IMG/VR virus record: IMGVR_UViG_3300025131_000046
Span: 1 to 56,224 of that record
DNA from: a virus
Taxonomy: Duplodnaviria > Caudoviricetes
Length of the DNA stretch: 56,224 nt
Direction: 5' to 3' (one strand)
The notes under the pieces are model-generated. The model was not told the origin of the DNA. It did no database searches and was given only the letters and a program-made list of their open reading frames with translations. Below are positions 37,979 through 48,521 of the stretch, in pieces (position 1 is the stretch's first letter; each line of letters starts with the position of its first letter). The position numbers and the translations under genes are program-made.

Positions 37979-38833
37979 ATGACTGTAAAGAAAAAGCGAC
38001 GTACGAAGAAATCTGTTACTCCTGGCCTTAATCTTCCCGCCAAAAAGTCTACGCTCTCCAAAGAAATGACAGACTTTACCATCTTGGTATATGGTGCAAA
38101 AAAGGTTGGTAAAACCTCTCTGATTGCTCAGTTTCCAGATGTATTCTTTCTCTTCTGCGAGAAGAATGACGCTGTAGAGGTTTTCTGTGCTCAAGACGAT
38201 AGCGGTTGTCCTATCACCCTTAGAGACTGGGATGCTATCGACAAGTGGGTACACGCTGTTGTTGAGTCAGGAAACTATTCTGCAATCTGCATCGACACTC
38301 TCAAGCCCTTCTATGAGGCAGCATTTCGCTATGTCTGCGAAGACAAAGAGATTGATCACCCAAACGAACTAGGCTTTGGTCAAGGGTGGGATGCAATTTC
38401 AAAGCTCTGCATCGGTCTTCTACAGTATATTGAAGACTCTCCTTGTGGTCTCATTATGCTTGCTCATGATAAATGGGACACTCGTGAAGATTATGATGGC
38501 AATGAGATTGAAGTGCTGTCTGTCGGTCTCTCTGGGAAGTTTGGTGAGTATGTCAGTGGTAATGCTTCTCTATGGCTTTACTTCGGTCTCAAAGGTGATG
38601 AGCGTCGTCTATTCATCAGGGGATCACAAACCTTAGAAGCAGGCAGTAGACTCTCAGAGAATTTCCTGGACTCTAAAACATCAGTCCCACTTCGAGACAT
38701 CAGTATGGGAGGATCAGCAAAAGAAGCGTATAAAAACTTGTATGCCGCATTTAACAATAACTATCATGAAGCAAAGGAAATCCCTAAGAAGAAGAAACGT
38801 AAGAAAAAAGCAGGCTTTGGAGACGTATCTTAG
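37979..38833 (+). CDS. AAA_24/Sak4-like ATPase (recombination)
   Basis: LVYGAKKVGKT Walker A, ICIDT Walker B, G.GW, LAH. Confidence 0.85.
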   Translation: MTVKKKRRTKKSVTPGLNLPAKKSTLSKEMTDFTILVYGAKKVGKTSLIAQFPDVFFLFCEKNDAVEVFCAQDDSGCPITLRDWDAIDKWVHAVVESGNYSAICIDTLKPFYEAAFRYVCEDKEIDHPNELGFGQGWDAISKLCIGLLQYIEDSPCGLIMLAHDKWDTREDYDGNEIEVLSVGLSGKFGEYVSGNASLWLYFGLKGDERRLFIRGSQTLEAGSRLSENFLDSKTSVPLRDISMGGSAKEAYKNLYAAFNNNYHEAKEIPKKKKRKKKAGFGDVS

Positions 38834-38857
38834 CTCCCTTATTAGGAATTACGATTG

Positions 38858-39634
38858 ATGGCAAAGAAAAAAGCAGCGGACGGTTTTGATTTCCTCAAGA
38901 AGAAGATTCAGAAGCACTGGGACAAGAGTCGGAAGAAGAAAGACCCCTTTAAGTCATTTGAAGCACCTGATGGTGTTTACATCGCTCGTCTTGCATCAGT
39001 AAAAGCTGGTGCGACTAAGAATGATGATGCCTACCTGTCTTTCCAATTCATTATCAACTCTCCCTCAGAGGTTGAAGATGTTCATACTCAAGGTCTTAGA
39101 CCTTCTGTCATGCATGTCTTCAAAGCATCAGCTAAGATGTCTGAGGAGGATAAGGTAGACCGTGCTGTCTTTGATCTACAGAAACTTGGTGTTGAGACTG
39201 ACGAACTTGATCTGGTAGAAATCAAGGAACTGGCAGGCAGTCTCAAAAGCAATCCTGTTTACGTTAGTCTCAAAGTGGTTAACCGAGATGGGTACTGTAA
39301 CGCCAACATTCTTGGTCTAAAAAAAGACTACGATCCTGATGAAGAGGATGACCTGGATGAGGTTGAAGACGAAGATGATGAGGATAACGAAGAGACCGAG
39401 AATGAGTCTGAAGATGAAGATAACGAAGAGACTGAAGATGAGGATGAGGAGTTTGTACCTGAAAAGAAAGAGGAGTACATGTTCTCTCCTGTTACTGGTG
39501 CAAAGCAGAAGCCTTGTCGTGTAGTTAGTGTTAGCACTCGTAAAAAGACTGTCAGTGTTAAACGTCTGCACGACAATAAAATCTTTAAGGACATTACCTG
39601 GAGCAAACTGGGTGATCCTGTAGAAGAAGAGTAG
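38858..39634 (+). CDS. putative ssDNA-binding protein (DUF669-like) with acidic linker
   Basis: PDG.Y.A.L...K.G.TK motif directly after the AAA gene; long D/E tract. Confidence 0.65.
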   Translation: MAKKKAADGFDFLKKKIQKHWDKSRKKKDPFKSFEAPDGVYIARLASVKAGATKNDDAYLSFQFIINSPSEVEDVHTQGLRPSVMHVFKASAKMSEEDKVDRAVFDLQKLGVETDELDLVEIKELAGSLKSNPVYVSLKVVNRDGYCNANILGLKKDYDPDEEDDLDEVEDEDDEDNEETENESEDEDNEETEDEDEEFVPEKKEEYMFSPVTGAKQKPCRVVSVSTRKKTVSVKRLHDNKIFKDITWSKLGDPVEEE

Positions 39635-39652
39635 AAGTAGGTAGTATTTTTC

Positions 39653-39710
39653 ACCAAGAGTAGCCAATGAGGTTTCTGGGGTTGCCTGGGCTACTCTTGG
39701 TTTTCATTTT
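39653..39710 (+). terminator. intrinsic terminator-like hairpin
   Basis: ACCAAGAGTAGCC / GGCTACTCTTGGT followed by a T-rich tail. Confidence 0.7.
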
Positions 39711-39727
39711 GTATTGAGGAGTAAAGT

Positions 39728-40114
39728 ATGCCTCCATCCCTACCAAATTGGACACTAAACCAAACCTGTGCAATTTCTGCTCTCAACAACTGGGCAGAAC
39801 AAGGTGGATTACGAGACTATACAATCGAGAAAAATCATACCTCTGGGACGTATGACATCTATATGCATGAGGCTCGTTCGCTTGAAAACCAAGTAGCTCG
39901 TAAAGCAGAAAGACACGTAGTAATCAGTCAACCGGAAGAAGAAAAATATGGTGTCTCTTGGTTACTGCTCAATGATGTTCTTAACATGATTCATATGTGG
40001 AACAAAGATGCTTATGCATCTCCTGTGCATCGGTCAGAAGAAAAAAATATAAGTAATGCAAAGACTGAAGACTCAGAAGATACTGAAGGTTCAAAAGATA
40101 CTGAAGACGTGTAG
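39728..40114 (+). CDS. hypothetical protein
   Basis: GAGGAG RBS; 128 aa. Confidence 0.65.
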   Translation: MPPSLPNWTLNQTCAISALNNWAEQGGLRDYTIEKNHTSGTYDIYMHEARSLENQVARKAERHVVISQPEEEKYGVSWLLLNDVLNMIHMWNKDAYASPVHRSEEKNISNAKTEDSEDTEGSKDTEDV

Positions 40115-40116
40115 AT

Positions 40117-40252
40117 TGTTCTGTGGCGGAATTGGCAGACGCTGCCCCAACGAAGGGGCTGATCATAGGGGTTAACCTTGGCTGTTCTAGCGAGACCAGA
40201 GTGTACCACTAAATAATTGTATGTTGTGCAGGTTTGAGTCCTGTCAGAACAA
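40117..40252 (+). tRNA. non-canonical tRNA-like RNA with very long variable region
   Basis: Acceptor TGTTCTG/CAGAACA; Leu-type D arm TGGCGGAATTGGCAGACGC; GCCCC-AACGAA-GGGGC; long insert; T arm GCAGG-TTTGAGT-CCTGT. Confidence 0.6.
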
Positions 40253-40413
40253 TCTGCATTTTGTTATAGGCAGGCTTAGCAACAACTAACTATGTGATAC
40301 CTCAAACGGTTTCCTAGTTAAGCATGTAGTGATGCTGTGAGGTTGTTGGCAGTAAGAACTTGTAGTTCCCTGCTTCTCTAAGCCTGCTTTTCTTATTTCT
40401 CAAGGATGTATCA

Positions 40414-40614
40414 ATGTCAGAGACTCGGATTACACCAGATGCTCAGTCACGATTTAATTATCTACTCAGTCAGAATCCTAGTTTTACAGATTATCTAGGC
40501 AGTAACGATATCAGGCTCACAGAATTCACATGTGCTCGATGTGCTATTGTAGCATCGTGTACGTCAGCCTTTGATACGTACAATCTTCATGGTGATTGTT
40601 TGGAGATGAAATGA
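40414..40614 (+). CDS. small Cys-containing protein
   Basis: C..C....C..AFD.YN..GDCL..K pattern; AAGGA RBS. Confidence 0.65.
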   Translation: MSETRITPDAQSRFNYLLSQNPSFTDYLGSNDIRLTEFTCARCAIVASCTSAFDTYNLHGDCLEMK

Positions 40615-40865
40615 TGAAGCGTAGAGATGCAATCAAGAGCGGTATAGCGGCAACACTAGGCTGTCTAGTTCCCTGGAAAACACCTGTTAAAGAAGCTGCA
40701 TCAATTCCATGTGTAGTAGAAGATGCTCCATCCTTAACTTGGATAAACATCGTAGATGGACACTGGAATGTAACTGTACACAATGGTGATGGCACCAGCA
40801 TTACTAAAACATATCCTGTGGATATTTCACAAAGTTGTACATATGGTAGTTGCTCTCGACTGTGA
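40611..40865 (+). CDS. small protein with twin-arginine-like N-terminus
   Basis: MMKRRDAIKSGIAATLG. Confidence 0.55.
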   Translation: MMKRRDAIKSGIAATLGCLVPWKTPVKEAASIPCVVEDAPSLTWINIVDGHWNVTVHNGDGTSITKTYPVDISQSCTYGSCSRL

Positions 40866-42771
40866 AGCGAACGGAGTAGATTTAGTACACGGCTGCAAAC
40901 CTTTCTTTGTAGCCATGTGCAGCGATCAGGGGAACGTCCTATACTGGCAATGGGATGTTGATCCTTTGACTCGTGAGCCTCAAATTTCTAAAGGAGAACT
41001 TGATGAAATCCAAAACGCCATTACGTTATCCTCACCCTCTCAATCCAACGAAAGAATCATCTTCCATAACGCCTTATTTGACATCAGGGCATTGTCTGTT
41101 GTCGGACTTACGCGTCCCGACTGGTTTAACATTCTTGGTGACACACTCCTCAAATCCCATTGCTACAACTCCCTTGAGCCACATGGTCTTAAAGAATTGT
41201 GTATCCGTTACCTCGGAATCCTCGATGACGACCAGCAAAACCTCAGAAACGCAGTCAACCAAGCCAGAACAATAGCATCTAAGAAAGGATGGGACATAGC
41301 AAAGCCCCACCACCCTCACTTTCCTGCTCAGAAAAGAGCACCAAAAGAGGGATGGTGGGTTATGGACATGTGGTTACCGAGAGCAGTAGCTCAAGCTGAG
41401 AACTACGAATCCAATCACCCTTGGTGGTCAATCCTCAAGACTTACGGCATTAGAGATGTTGAACGAACCATACTTCTTAATGAAATGTATGACCAGTTCC
41501 TCTCTGAAGAAAACCTCAAGAATCAATATGAAGAACAAAAAGCACTGCTGGAACCTGTCTACGATATGATGGAGTTTGGAATCTCGTTAGACCTCAGAGC
41601 TATCAAATCTTCTATTGCTGAGTTTAGACAGGAGTCTGAACATCATGCTGCCCAAGCAACTAAGGCTTTGAGAAAAAACATAAATCTCAGTAGCGTACCT
41701 CAGATGCGTAAAGCTCTGTATGAAGACTTGAGAATCCCTTTAGATGGTGTACCGGCTACCAAGACAGGACCATCAACCAAAGCTTCTGTGTTACTCGACT
41801 TGTTAGATAATGACAAGCTTTCCATTAGGCAGCAGAAATTTGTCGGTAATGTCCTCTGCTCTAAAAAGATTGCCAAATCAGGCCAGTATGTTGAGTCCTA
41901 CAATTGGTTCAAGCGTGGTAACAGAGTCCATCCAAACTTTAACATTACTGGTACAGCCACCACCAGACTCTCCAGTTCGGCCCCTAACGGCACCAATATT
42001 GGCAAAGGGGCGGACCCCTTCGCTGATCAATATCCTATTCTGAAGCCTCTGGACGACGTTAACATGTCTCTCCGTAGACTATTTTCCCCAGAAAAAAACA
42101 GGGTTTGGTACGCCATTGATTATGCTCAGCTTCAACTCCGTATTTTTGCTTACGTCTCTGATGAGGTTTCCTTAATAAAAGCATTTGATGATGGTTGGGA
42201 TGCTCATGATTATATGGCTCATAGAATCTTCAAGCTTGCAGACGGCATTACACCAACATCGGGTCAAAGACGCGTTGCAAAAAACGTAAACTTCGGGTTC
42301 ATTTTCGGAGCATCACCATCAAAGATCGAAGCTACTGCTCGTCGTCCTGGCCTTTGGGATGATATTATCAAGATGTTTCCGAACGCTCATGCATTCATCA
42401 GAAAGGTTTCCAAGCAGGTACAAAAGCATGGTTGCGTTTATACCTCATCAGGCTATCGTTTAGAAGTACCCCACAAGGACGGATACAAAGGCGTCAACTA
42501 TATCGTTCAGGGGGATGAAGGAATCATTGTTAAACGGGCTATGGTTACTTGTCATGCCTACCTGAAATCCCTCAAGACAATATCTGCTCACCTCACCCTT
42601 AATGTTCATGATGAGCTTCTGTTCGATTTCCCCAAATACACGCCTCTGAAGTTTGTCCGGTCTCTTAAAATGCGTATGGAAGAGGCAGGAGCATCTATTG
42701 ATATGGATACTCCTGTAGAAGTAAAAAGAATTACAACCAACTGGTCTACAGGAAAGGTCGTCACTTTATGA
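40843..42771 (+). CDS. polA: family A DNA polymerase with 3'-5' exonuclease
   Basis: LDCE, FHNALFD, Y...D (Exo I-III); TATTRLSS..PN; DYAQLQLR (A); RRVAKNVNFG (B); VHDE (C). Confidence 0.95.
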   Translation: MVVALDCEANGVDLVHGCKPFFVAMCSDQGNVLYWQWDVDPLTREPQISKGELDEIQNAITLSSPSQSNERIIFHNALFDIRALSVVGLTRPDWFNILGDTLLKSHCYNSLEPHGLKELCIRYLGILDDDQQNLRNAVNQARTIASKKGWDIAKPHHPHFPAQKRAPKEGWWVMDMWLPRAVAQAENYESNHPWWSILKTYGIRDVERTILLNEMYDQFLSEENLKNQYEEQKALLEPVYDMMEFGISLDLRAIKSSIAEFRQESEHHAAQATKALRKNINLSSVPQMRKALYEDLRIPLDGVPATKTGPSTKASVLLDLLDNDKLSIRQQKFVGNVLCSKKIAKSGQYVESYNWFKRGNRVHPNFNITGTATTRLSSSAPNGTNIGKGADPFADQYPILKPLDDVNMSLRRLFSPEKNRVWYAIDYAQLQLRIFAYVSDEVSLIKAFDDGWDAHDYMAHRIFKLADGITPTSGQRRVAKNVNFGFIFGASPSKIEATARRPGLWDDIIKMFPNAHAFIRKVSKQVQKHGCVYTSSGYRLEVPHKDGYKGVNYIVQGDEGIIVKRAMVTCHAYLKSLKTISAHLTLNVHDELLFDFPKYTPLKFVRSLKMRMEEAGASIDMDTPVEVKRITTNWSTGKVVTL

Positions 42772-43262
42772 ATCAACCAGCTAGCCATCGTCCTGTTAGT
42801 TATAGCGGTATCAAGTTCCAAAATAGGCTATCTGCCAAATATGCAGTCCTGTTTGATAATCTAGATATTGAATGGATCTACCGTCCTATCTTTATTAGGG
42901 ATGGATCAGACTCATTTGGCTTCGATTTCCATATTCAGTTTGCAGATAAAAATAAGCATGCTCTGGTAGTTATCAAGCCATCCAATCCTTTTTCGTCTGA
43001 AATTCAGCATGTGCTATCAGGCATTGGTACTGTTCATGACATGTTTGGTGTTGTAGTAGACCCACATACCCATACCGCCGACATTATGTTTTTGTATGGT
43101 TCGTTCCAAGGTTCTCTTAATGCTAGTCGTATTGAGCACAGTTTGGGTGGGCGAATCAATGAAGTTCAGATGCCCCTAATCAATTTCCTTCAGAGCGGTA
43201 AGCATCTTATGGTGAGTCAATTTGATACTGCGGTAGAATCTGTTAACAACTTTAGGATTTAA
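42768..43262 (+). CDS. PD-(D/E)XK-like protein
   Basis: Y.GI.F...L.A.YA..FD.L.I.W.Y.P and FDF motifs; the usual catalytic E.K position reads VIK. Confidence 0.6.
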   Translation: MNQPASHRPVSYSGIKFQNRLSAKYAVLFDNLDIEWIYRPIFIRDGSDSFGFDFHIQFADKNKHALVVIKPSNPFSSEIQHVLSGIGTVHDMFGVVVDPHTHTADIMFLYGSFQGSLNASRIEHSLGGRINEVQMPLINFLQSGKHLMVSQFDTAVESVNNFRI

Positions 43263-43880
43263 GATGTACAAGATTGCCTACTGGCTTGCTAGGTCAGATA
43301 TCCGGTACACATCAACCATTACCTCTAGCAGTGTTCTAGTTCACGAATCAGAATCTGTTGGTGACTGCCTTTTACGTATCAGCAAAGAACTTGAAGAAGC
43401 TGGCTACACAACTAAAATTATGGATGCTTCACATGCTTAGCTACGTATGTATGTTTGTAAAATTAAATAGCCTGTTGCTGTGTATCTACATTGGGAAGAA
43501 CTATGTAGACTGGGTCATTCCTTGGGCACTAGTGCTGTTCCTGTTTGCAGTTGTTGATGTCTACGCTAGTCGTCTTAACTTAAATAGCTTCATTGCTGAA
43601 CTTAACGCCAAGATTGAAAGTGAGATCAAAAATGACCGGCTGTAAATACTGCTCGTCTTGGGATGATGCTTGTGGCACCTGTAAGGGGTGCGGTAGGAAC
43701 CTACTCTATAAAGCATCTCCTATTGCTGAAGTCATCTACTCAGAATACTCGCCTAGTGATGATCAACACTTTGCTAGCTGTGTTGAGCAAGGTGAAGACA
43801 TTATTAAAGTCCTGTACGATCTGCTAATGCACCTCGGCATGCACAGAACAATTAAGGCCCTCCAGTCAAAGTAAGAATCA

Positions 43881-45998
43881 ATGGCTAAAAAACCAATTGA
43901 CTACGCAAAGACGTTTGACTTCTACGGCGTTCCACTAACAGCAACTCATGGTGATCATACAGGCCAATGTCCCTTTTGTGATAAGGAAGATCACCTAGGA
44001 GTTATCCAATCCACAGGTCAGTGGCAATGCGTAAAATGCGGCGAATCAGGCAATATCTATTCTTTTCTCAGAAAGATACATGAGCAGTGTTTAGAGACTA
44101 CTATAGATGCTGAGAGAGAGCACCTGTCATCACACAGGGGCATCAGTGTTATCACTCTTAAACGTTTTGGTGTGGTCTTCTATCCTCGGTTAGATCGTTG
44201 GCTTGTTCCTGTCTACAACCAGAAAGGAAACATTACCAATCTCTATGTATGGTTTGATGGTTTAATTTCTGGTGCTGGTCTCAAGGCAGGTCTATTCAAT
44301 CTTCAATCTCTAAAGAAACAGAAGACTGTCTATATCTGTGAGGGGGAATGGGACTGCATGGCTTGGGATAAAGTCATACGTGGTTTAAAAATGGCTAAGG
44401 ATGTTGCTGTTCTCGGGGTACACGGTGCTCGTAATTTCAATAAGACCTACACCAAGCTTCTAGCTGGTCGAGATGTTATTCTGCTGTTAGATAATGATGC
44501 TGATGGCATGGAAGGTCAGATACGAGCCAATAGAATTATGGCTGCTGGTCTTAAAAGGCCAGCATCAGTACAAGCAATCGAATGGAATGGTGATTATCCT
44601 GAAGGCTTTGACATTAAAGACCTTGTTGCTGATAAGGGAGTCAAAAAGTCTTACAGCTATGTCAACAAACATCTTATTCTTGGATCAAAGTCCAAGGTCA
44701 AAGTCTTTCATACTGACTACGGTGAGTACGAGGATAACCCCTGTACAACATTTGATGATCTAGAAGAATATTTCTCTTCTAGTCTACATTGGACTGAACC
44801 CCTGCATGACACTTTAGCTGTTATGCTGGCTACTACCCTTGGTGTGCATATGGGTGGAGATGGTCTCTGGCTTTACGTAGTCGGTCCTCCATCATCAGGT
44901 AAGACAACCCTTGCAGAATGCATCTATGCTCACAAGGAGCACACCTACGCTCTCTCATCTCTGACAGGAATTGTTTCTGGGTACAAAGATGAGAATGGTG
45001 AGACTGTCTCTCTGTTGAAAGACTTTCAAGGCAAGACAGTTGTTATCAAAGACCTCACCTTGTTACTGTCTCAAGCTGCAATCATGAAGGATCGTGTTTA
45101 CGGTGAGCTAAGAGATGCTTACGATGGTCACTTCTCGGCACGTTATCGTAACAGCAGTGAAGATCAAGTTTATGAAGGCGTTAATTTTGGTCTGCTAGCA
45201 TGCGTAACAGACGAGATTAGAGCAGAAGGACGTAGCACATTAGGGGAACGTTTTGTAGCTGTTGAAATCTTTGACGAAGAGACAGACACTAACAAACAAA
45301 TTGATGCATCTATGCATAATGTGGTCTCTGAAATTACAGCACGTATATCATCAGCATCAAACAATGATGTCACAGAGTTCAAAGCTGTTGAAGCAGATGA
45401 GGCTAGCCGGTCCTCTGTTAAGAAAGCTCAACGTAAACAAGCCACGGCTTCATTTATTGACCACAAGATCAATCAGGTTATGATTGGTGATGTTACTGTG
45501 CCAGCAATCAATAATCTTGCTCTGGGTAAAATTAACGCTCTGTCACAGATAGCAGCCTTTGCAAGAGCAAATGTAACAAAAAACAAGGATGGCTCGCCTA
45601 CCTACAGACCTCGTGTTGAAGTAGGTAGTCGTCTTGCATCACAGCTAGTAAAGCTAAGCCTTGCACTAGGACTTGTCTTTGACAAGCCTGTTGTTGACAA
45701 AGCCATCCTTAGAATAATCTCTAAGGTAGCCTTTGATACATGTCGTGGTATCAATCTTGAACTACTCCAATGTCTTGCAGATGAGAAGGAGTACTCTATT
45801 GATCAGATAGCGGCCTCTCTGAATATCTCACGATCTGCGACAATCATTAGACTAAAAGACCTCCAACTCCTGAATGCTGTTGAACACGGTAAACGAGCCA
45901 ACAATTCAGGATTTGGAGGTCGAGACCTACATATCTGGAGACTGACTGAACCTTTAGAAGAAGCCTTCAATCTTGTTGAGCATCACGATGAAGATTAA
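43881..45998 (+). CDS. primase-helicase (Zn finger + TOPRIM + AAA+ helicase + C-terminal HTH)
   Basis: CPFC...H...WQCVKC, ICEGEWD, LDNDADG, GPPSSGKT, VVIKD, LRDAYDG, ERF motifs. Confidence 0.9.
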   Translation: MAKKPIDYAKTFDFYGVPLTATHGDHTGQCPFCDKEDHLGVIQSTGQWQCVKCGESGNIYSFLRKIHEQCLETTIDAEREHLSSHRGISVITLKRFGVVFYPRLDRWLVPVYNQKGNITNLYVWFDGLISGAGLKAGLFNLQSLKKQKTVYICEGEWDCMAWDKVIRGLKMAKDVAVLGVHGARNFNKTYTKLLAGRDVILLLDNDADGMEGQIRANRIMAAGLKRPASVQAIEWNGDYPEGFDIKDLVADKGVKKSYSYVNKHLILGSKSKVKVFHTDYGEYEDNPCTTFDDLEEYFSSSLHWTEPLHDTLAVMLATTLGVHMGGDGLWLYVVGPPSSGKTTLAECIYAHKEHTYALSSLTGIVSGYKDENGETVSLLKDFQGKTVVIKDLTLLLSQAAIMKDRVYGELRDAYDGHFSARYRNSSEDQVYEGVNFGLLACVTDEIRAEGRSTLGERFVAVEIFDEETDTNKQIDASMHNVVSEITARISSASNNDVTEFKAVEADEASRSSVKKAQRKQATASFIDHKINQVMIGDVTVPAINNLALGKINALSQIAAFARANVTKNKDGSPTYRPRVEVGSRLASQLVKLSLALGLVFDKPVVDKAILRIISKVAFDTCRGINLELLQCLADEKEYSIDQIAASLNISRSATIIRLKDLQLLNAVEHGKRANNSGFGGRDLHIWRLTEPLEEAFNLVEHHDED

Positions 45999-46243
45999 GT
46001 GATTCATCCCCAGAACCATCCCCACCAAAGAAGCATAATAAACATAAACATTACAAGTGTTGAGACTGCAAGCCCAAACAGAGTCTTACTGTTTGTTGCC
46101 TGTTTCAAGTCTGTCTTGCACCAATCATTCAAGATATCGGAACTGGTGTATGCCTCCCACACTGCCAATGGTCGGAACTGACGTTCTGATTAGATGAGTC
46201 GATAATTTGGTACAACTCGTATTCACATTTAGGAAAAGATCCC

Positions 46244-46636
46244 ATGCAAACACTATCTTTCTTTTTTCTCATCGTGTCCACAACAACTGTCTTCGCTGAT
46301 TATCCCACTGAGATCCAGTGGGAAAAACGCGAGGCTAATTGGTCTCGCTATGTCGATGATATCGAACATGTAGAAGTCAAATTGTGGGATGATACTCGCT
46401 GCGATTATGTCTCTAAGACACATGCCATTGAAATTGATTGGGCATCCAGCAGCAAGGTCTTTGAGGCGGTAGGACAAGCGGAGTATTATTCAATCGTTCT
46501 CGATAAGAAGCCGGGGATTATTTTGCTTGTTAAAGAGACTGAACGAGAAACTTCGAGAAAGTACGTTTTCCGCTGCCAGACAGTATGTGCGAAGCTTGGG
46601 ATCAAGCTCTGGGTGGAGATTGTTAAAGACGAATAG
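46244..46636 (+). CDS. exported-looking protein with restriction-endonuclease-like fold
   Basis: Signal-like N-terminus; E..L.D.TRCD......AIE.DW....EA.GQA..Y.....KKPGI.L. Confidence 0.65.
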   Translation: MQTLSFFFLIVSTTTVFADYPTEIQWEKREANWSRYVDDIEHVEVKLWDDTRCDYVSKTHAIEIDWASSSKVFEAVGQAEYYSIVLDKKPGIILLVKETERETSRKYVFRCQTVCAKLGIKLWVEIVKDE

Positions 46637-46759
46637 AGAAAGGTGGGCCTGGATGTTCGGTGACGAATCAGTCTGCAAACGGGGCACAGCAGCAGTTCGT
46701 CATTCATTGTCTTGCTCCTTCTGCAAACACCTTATTTCCGTGCTCCAACCATACAACCT

Positions 46760-47149
46760 TCATATCTTCTCTCTCCATGCAGAACCTAAATGTTCTAACC
46801 CGTTAATACTTCTGTTCCAAATGTAGCAGTACACATTACATATTTCATACTCCCGTTTTGTAAACATCTCTGCTTCCAATAGCTGCCTGCCAAACATTAG
46901 TCCTCCCCCTTCGTATATGTCAATCTCCTCAAGTCTCTCTTTGGGTACTTCATACACCTCACCAACCACTACATCAGATCCCTCTAAGCCCTCAATTCCT
47001 GCTGATAAGACTGCTACAGGAAACCCACCAGCATCAAACAATGTATGCTCCCGAATGATTGCTTTACCTAAGTATTTATCACCAGAGAGATACTTGTTAT
47101 GCTGTCTACAGCCTCTCATCAGGTAGCCGTAAACAAATAGATACGCCAT
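46760..47149 (-). CDS. gamma-glutamylcyclotransferase (AIG2-like)
   Basis: LFVYG.LMRG, V.GEVYEV, ID.YEG motifs. Confidence 0.85.
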   Translation of the reverse strand: MAYLFVYGYLMRGCRQHNKYLSGDKYLGKAIIREHTLFDAGGFPVAVLSAGIEGLEGSDVVVGEVYEVPKERLEEIDIYEGGGLMFGRQLLEAEMFTKREYEICNVYCYIWNRSINGLEHLGSAWREKI

Positions 47150-47813
47150 GTTTCTTTTCCTACCAAATGCTTCTTTTTGTAAAGCTGGGATGGACTTGTT
47201 TTGATGCTTACCCCAGATGTGCTTTTTTCGTATTCCTCTAAATATAGCAAGAAAACCCTGTAAATATAGGATATTTCTGCGTATATACTTTTTTACGTTT
47301 GGTCTTTTTGATCATCCCTTAATTCAAAATCTCCGCATCCGTCAAATTGATCACCGCTTGTTACACTCTGTCAGCACCCTTTTTCATCTTCTGGCGTCAG
47401 ATAGCATCCTCTTAATATAACTCTCGGGTGTGTAGTACAGGAGCATGTTGTTTGCACGTATTTAGGTACGCAAAAAATCTACATTCTCCACATGATGTGC
47501 TATTCATGAAGTTATTCCCAATTTCCCAATCCACCACAGATACCGCACTCAAGCTTACCGCCCCCACAACATTGATAACACTCTACTAACCCACTTCCTT
47601 TGCATTCTTCGCATTCTTTGTATTTTTCACATTCTTCGCACTCTGAGTCTGTGTTAAATACTAATTCCTAAGCTTCTTCAATTATGCTTTGTAACTTAAT
47701 ACTGCATGTAGCATCCTTCCTAGCCTTACTCAGTAATGTAAATAAGTCTTTCATCACCCACTTCGGAATTTCTATGGTGGCTTTCTTCTGTGCTTTTCTT
47801 TGCTTTGACATCT

Positions 47814-48266
47814 TTACTCCTCATTTAATGTGTGTCGGCACTTTGGATAATTTGTACATCCCCAAAACGTACCAAACTTTCCCTCTACTCGTCGCATGAT
47901 TGCACTGCATGATGGGCATGTGTGTCCGGGAAAAAGCATTGCAAAGTCTCTTAATCTCTTACCTAGATTCTTTTTCCATGTTTTGATCCTGTTGACCCTA
48001 CCACAACCACACACTCTCAATATGGTTCCTTGTTCTGTTCTGGTGAAAAGCATCACCCTAACAGCGTCAGCACCACACTCCCTACTTTCGTCTGTACCGG
48101 CATCAATTCCAGTAAAAACACGTAGGGACAATTGATGTCCTTTTACATCAACTCTCTTGGCAAAGACAATCTCGTACGTCCGCTCTACCTCTATCTGCGT
48201 AAACCCTTTGGGTTCCAAAAAGAACGTCATCTCAGCTAGTGTAATATTGTGGAATTGGTTATTCAT
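47814..48266 (-). CDS. protein with C-terminal topoisomerase-type C4 zinc ribbon
   Basis: CPSC...M....GKFG.FWGC.NYPKCRHT. Confidence 0.8.
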   Translation of the reverse strand: MNNQFHNITLAEMTFFLEPKGFTQIEVERTYEIVFAKRVDVKGHQLSLRVFTGIDAGTDESRECGADAVRVMLFTRTEQGTILRVCGCGRVNRIKTWKKNLGKRLRDFAMLFPGHTCPSCSAIMRRVEGKFGTFWGCTNYPKCRHTLNEE

Positions 48267-48521
48267 TCAGTTTTGCTCTGCTTTTAAGGTTATTGCCAGA
48301 TGCATCAGCTTAGCTTGTAGTTCCATCATTCTTTTGTCTGATCCTTCTGGGAGGCAATGAGTTATTTCTGCTGCTAACGCTGATAACACTTCCGGCCCTA
48401 GATACTTGGTTAACAAAGCTACAACAGTGAAGTCAATTGAATAAAGAAACGCTATATCTTCAGGTGGTGACTTTAGTATAGCTACCTCAATTAGCCGCCT
48501 CTTGTGTTCCCAATCAATCAT
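48267..48521 (-). CDS. hypothetical protein
   Basis: 84-aa ORF tightly packed in a leftward operon. Confidence 0.55.
   Translation of the reverse strand: MIDWEHKRRLIEVAILKSPPEDIAFLYSIDFTVVALLTKYLGPEVLSALAAEITHCLPEGSDKRMMELQAKLMHLAITLKAEQN

Noticed and set aside
40117-40252. tmRNA
   Set aside because: Has a full D stem, is far too short, and shows no tag ORF
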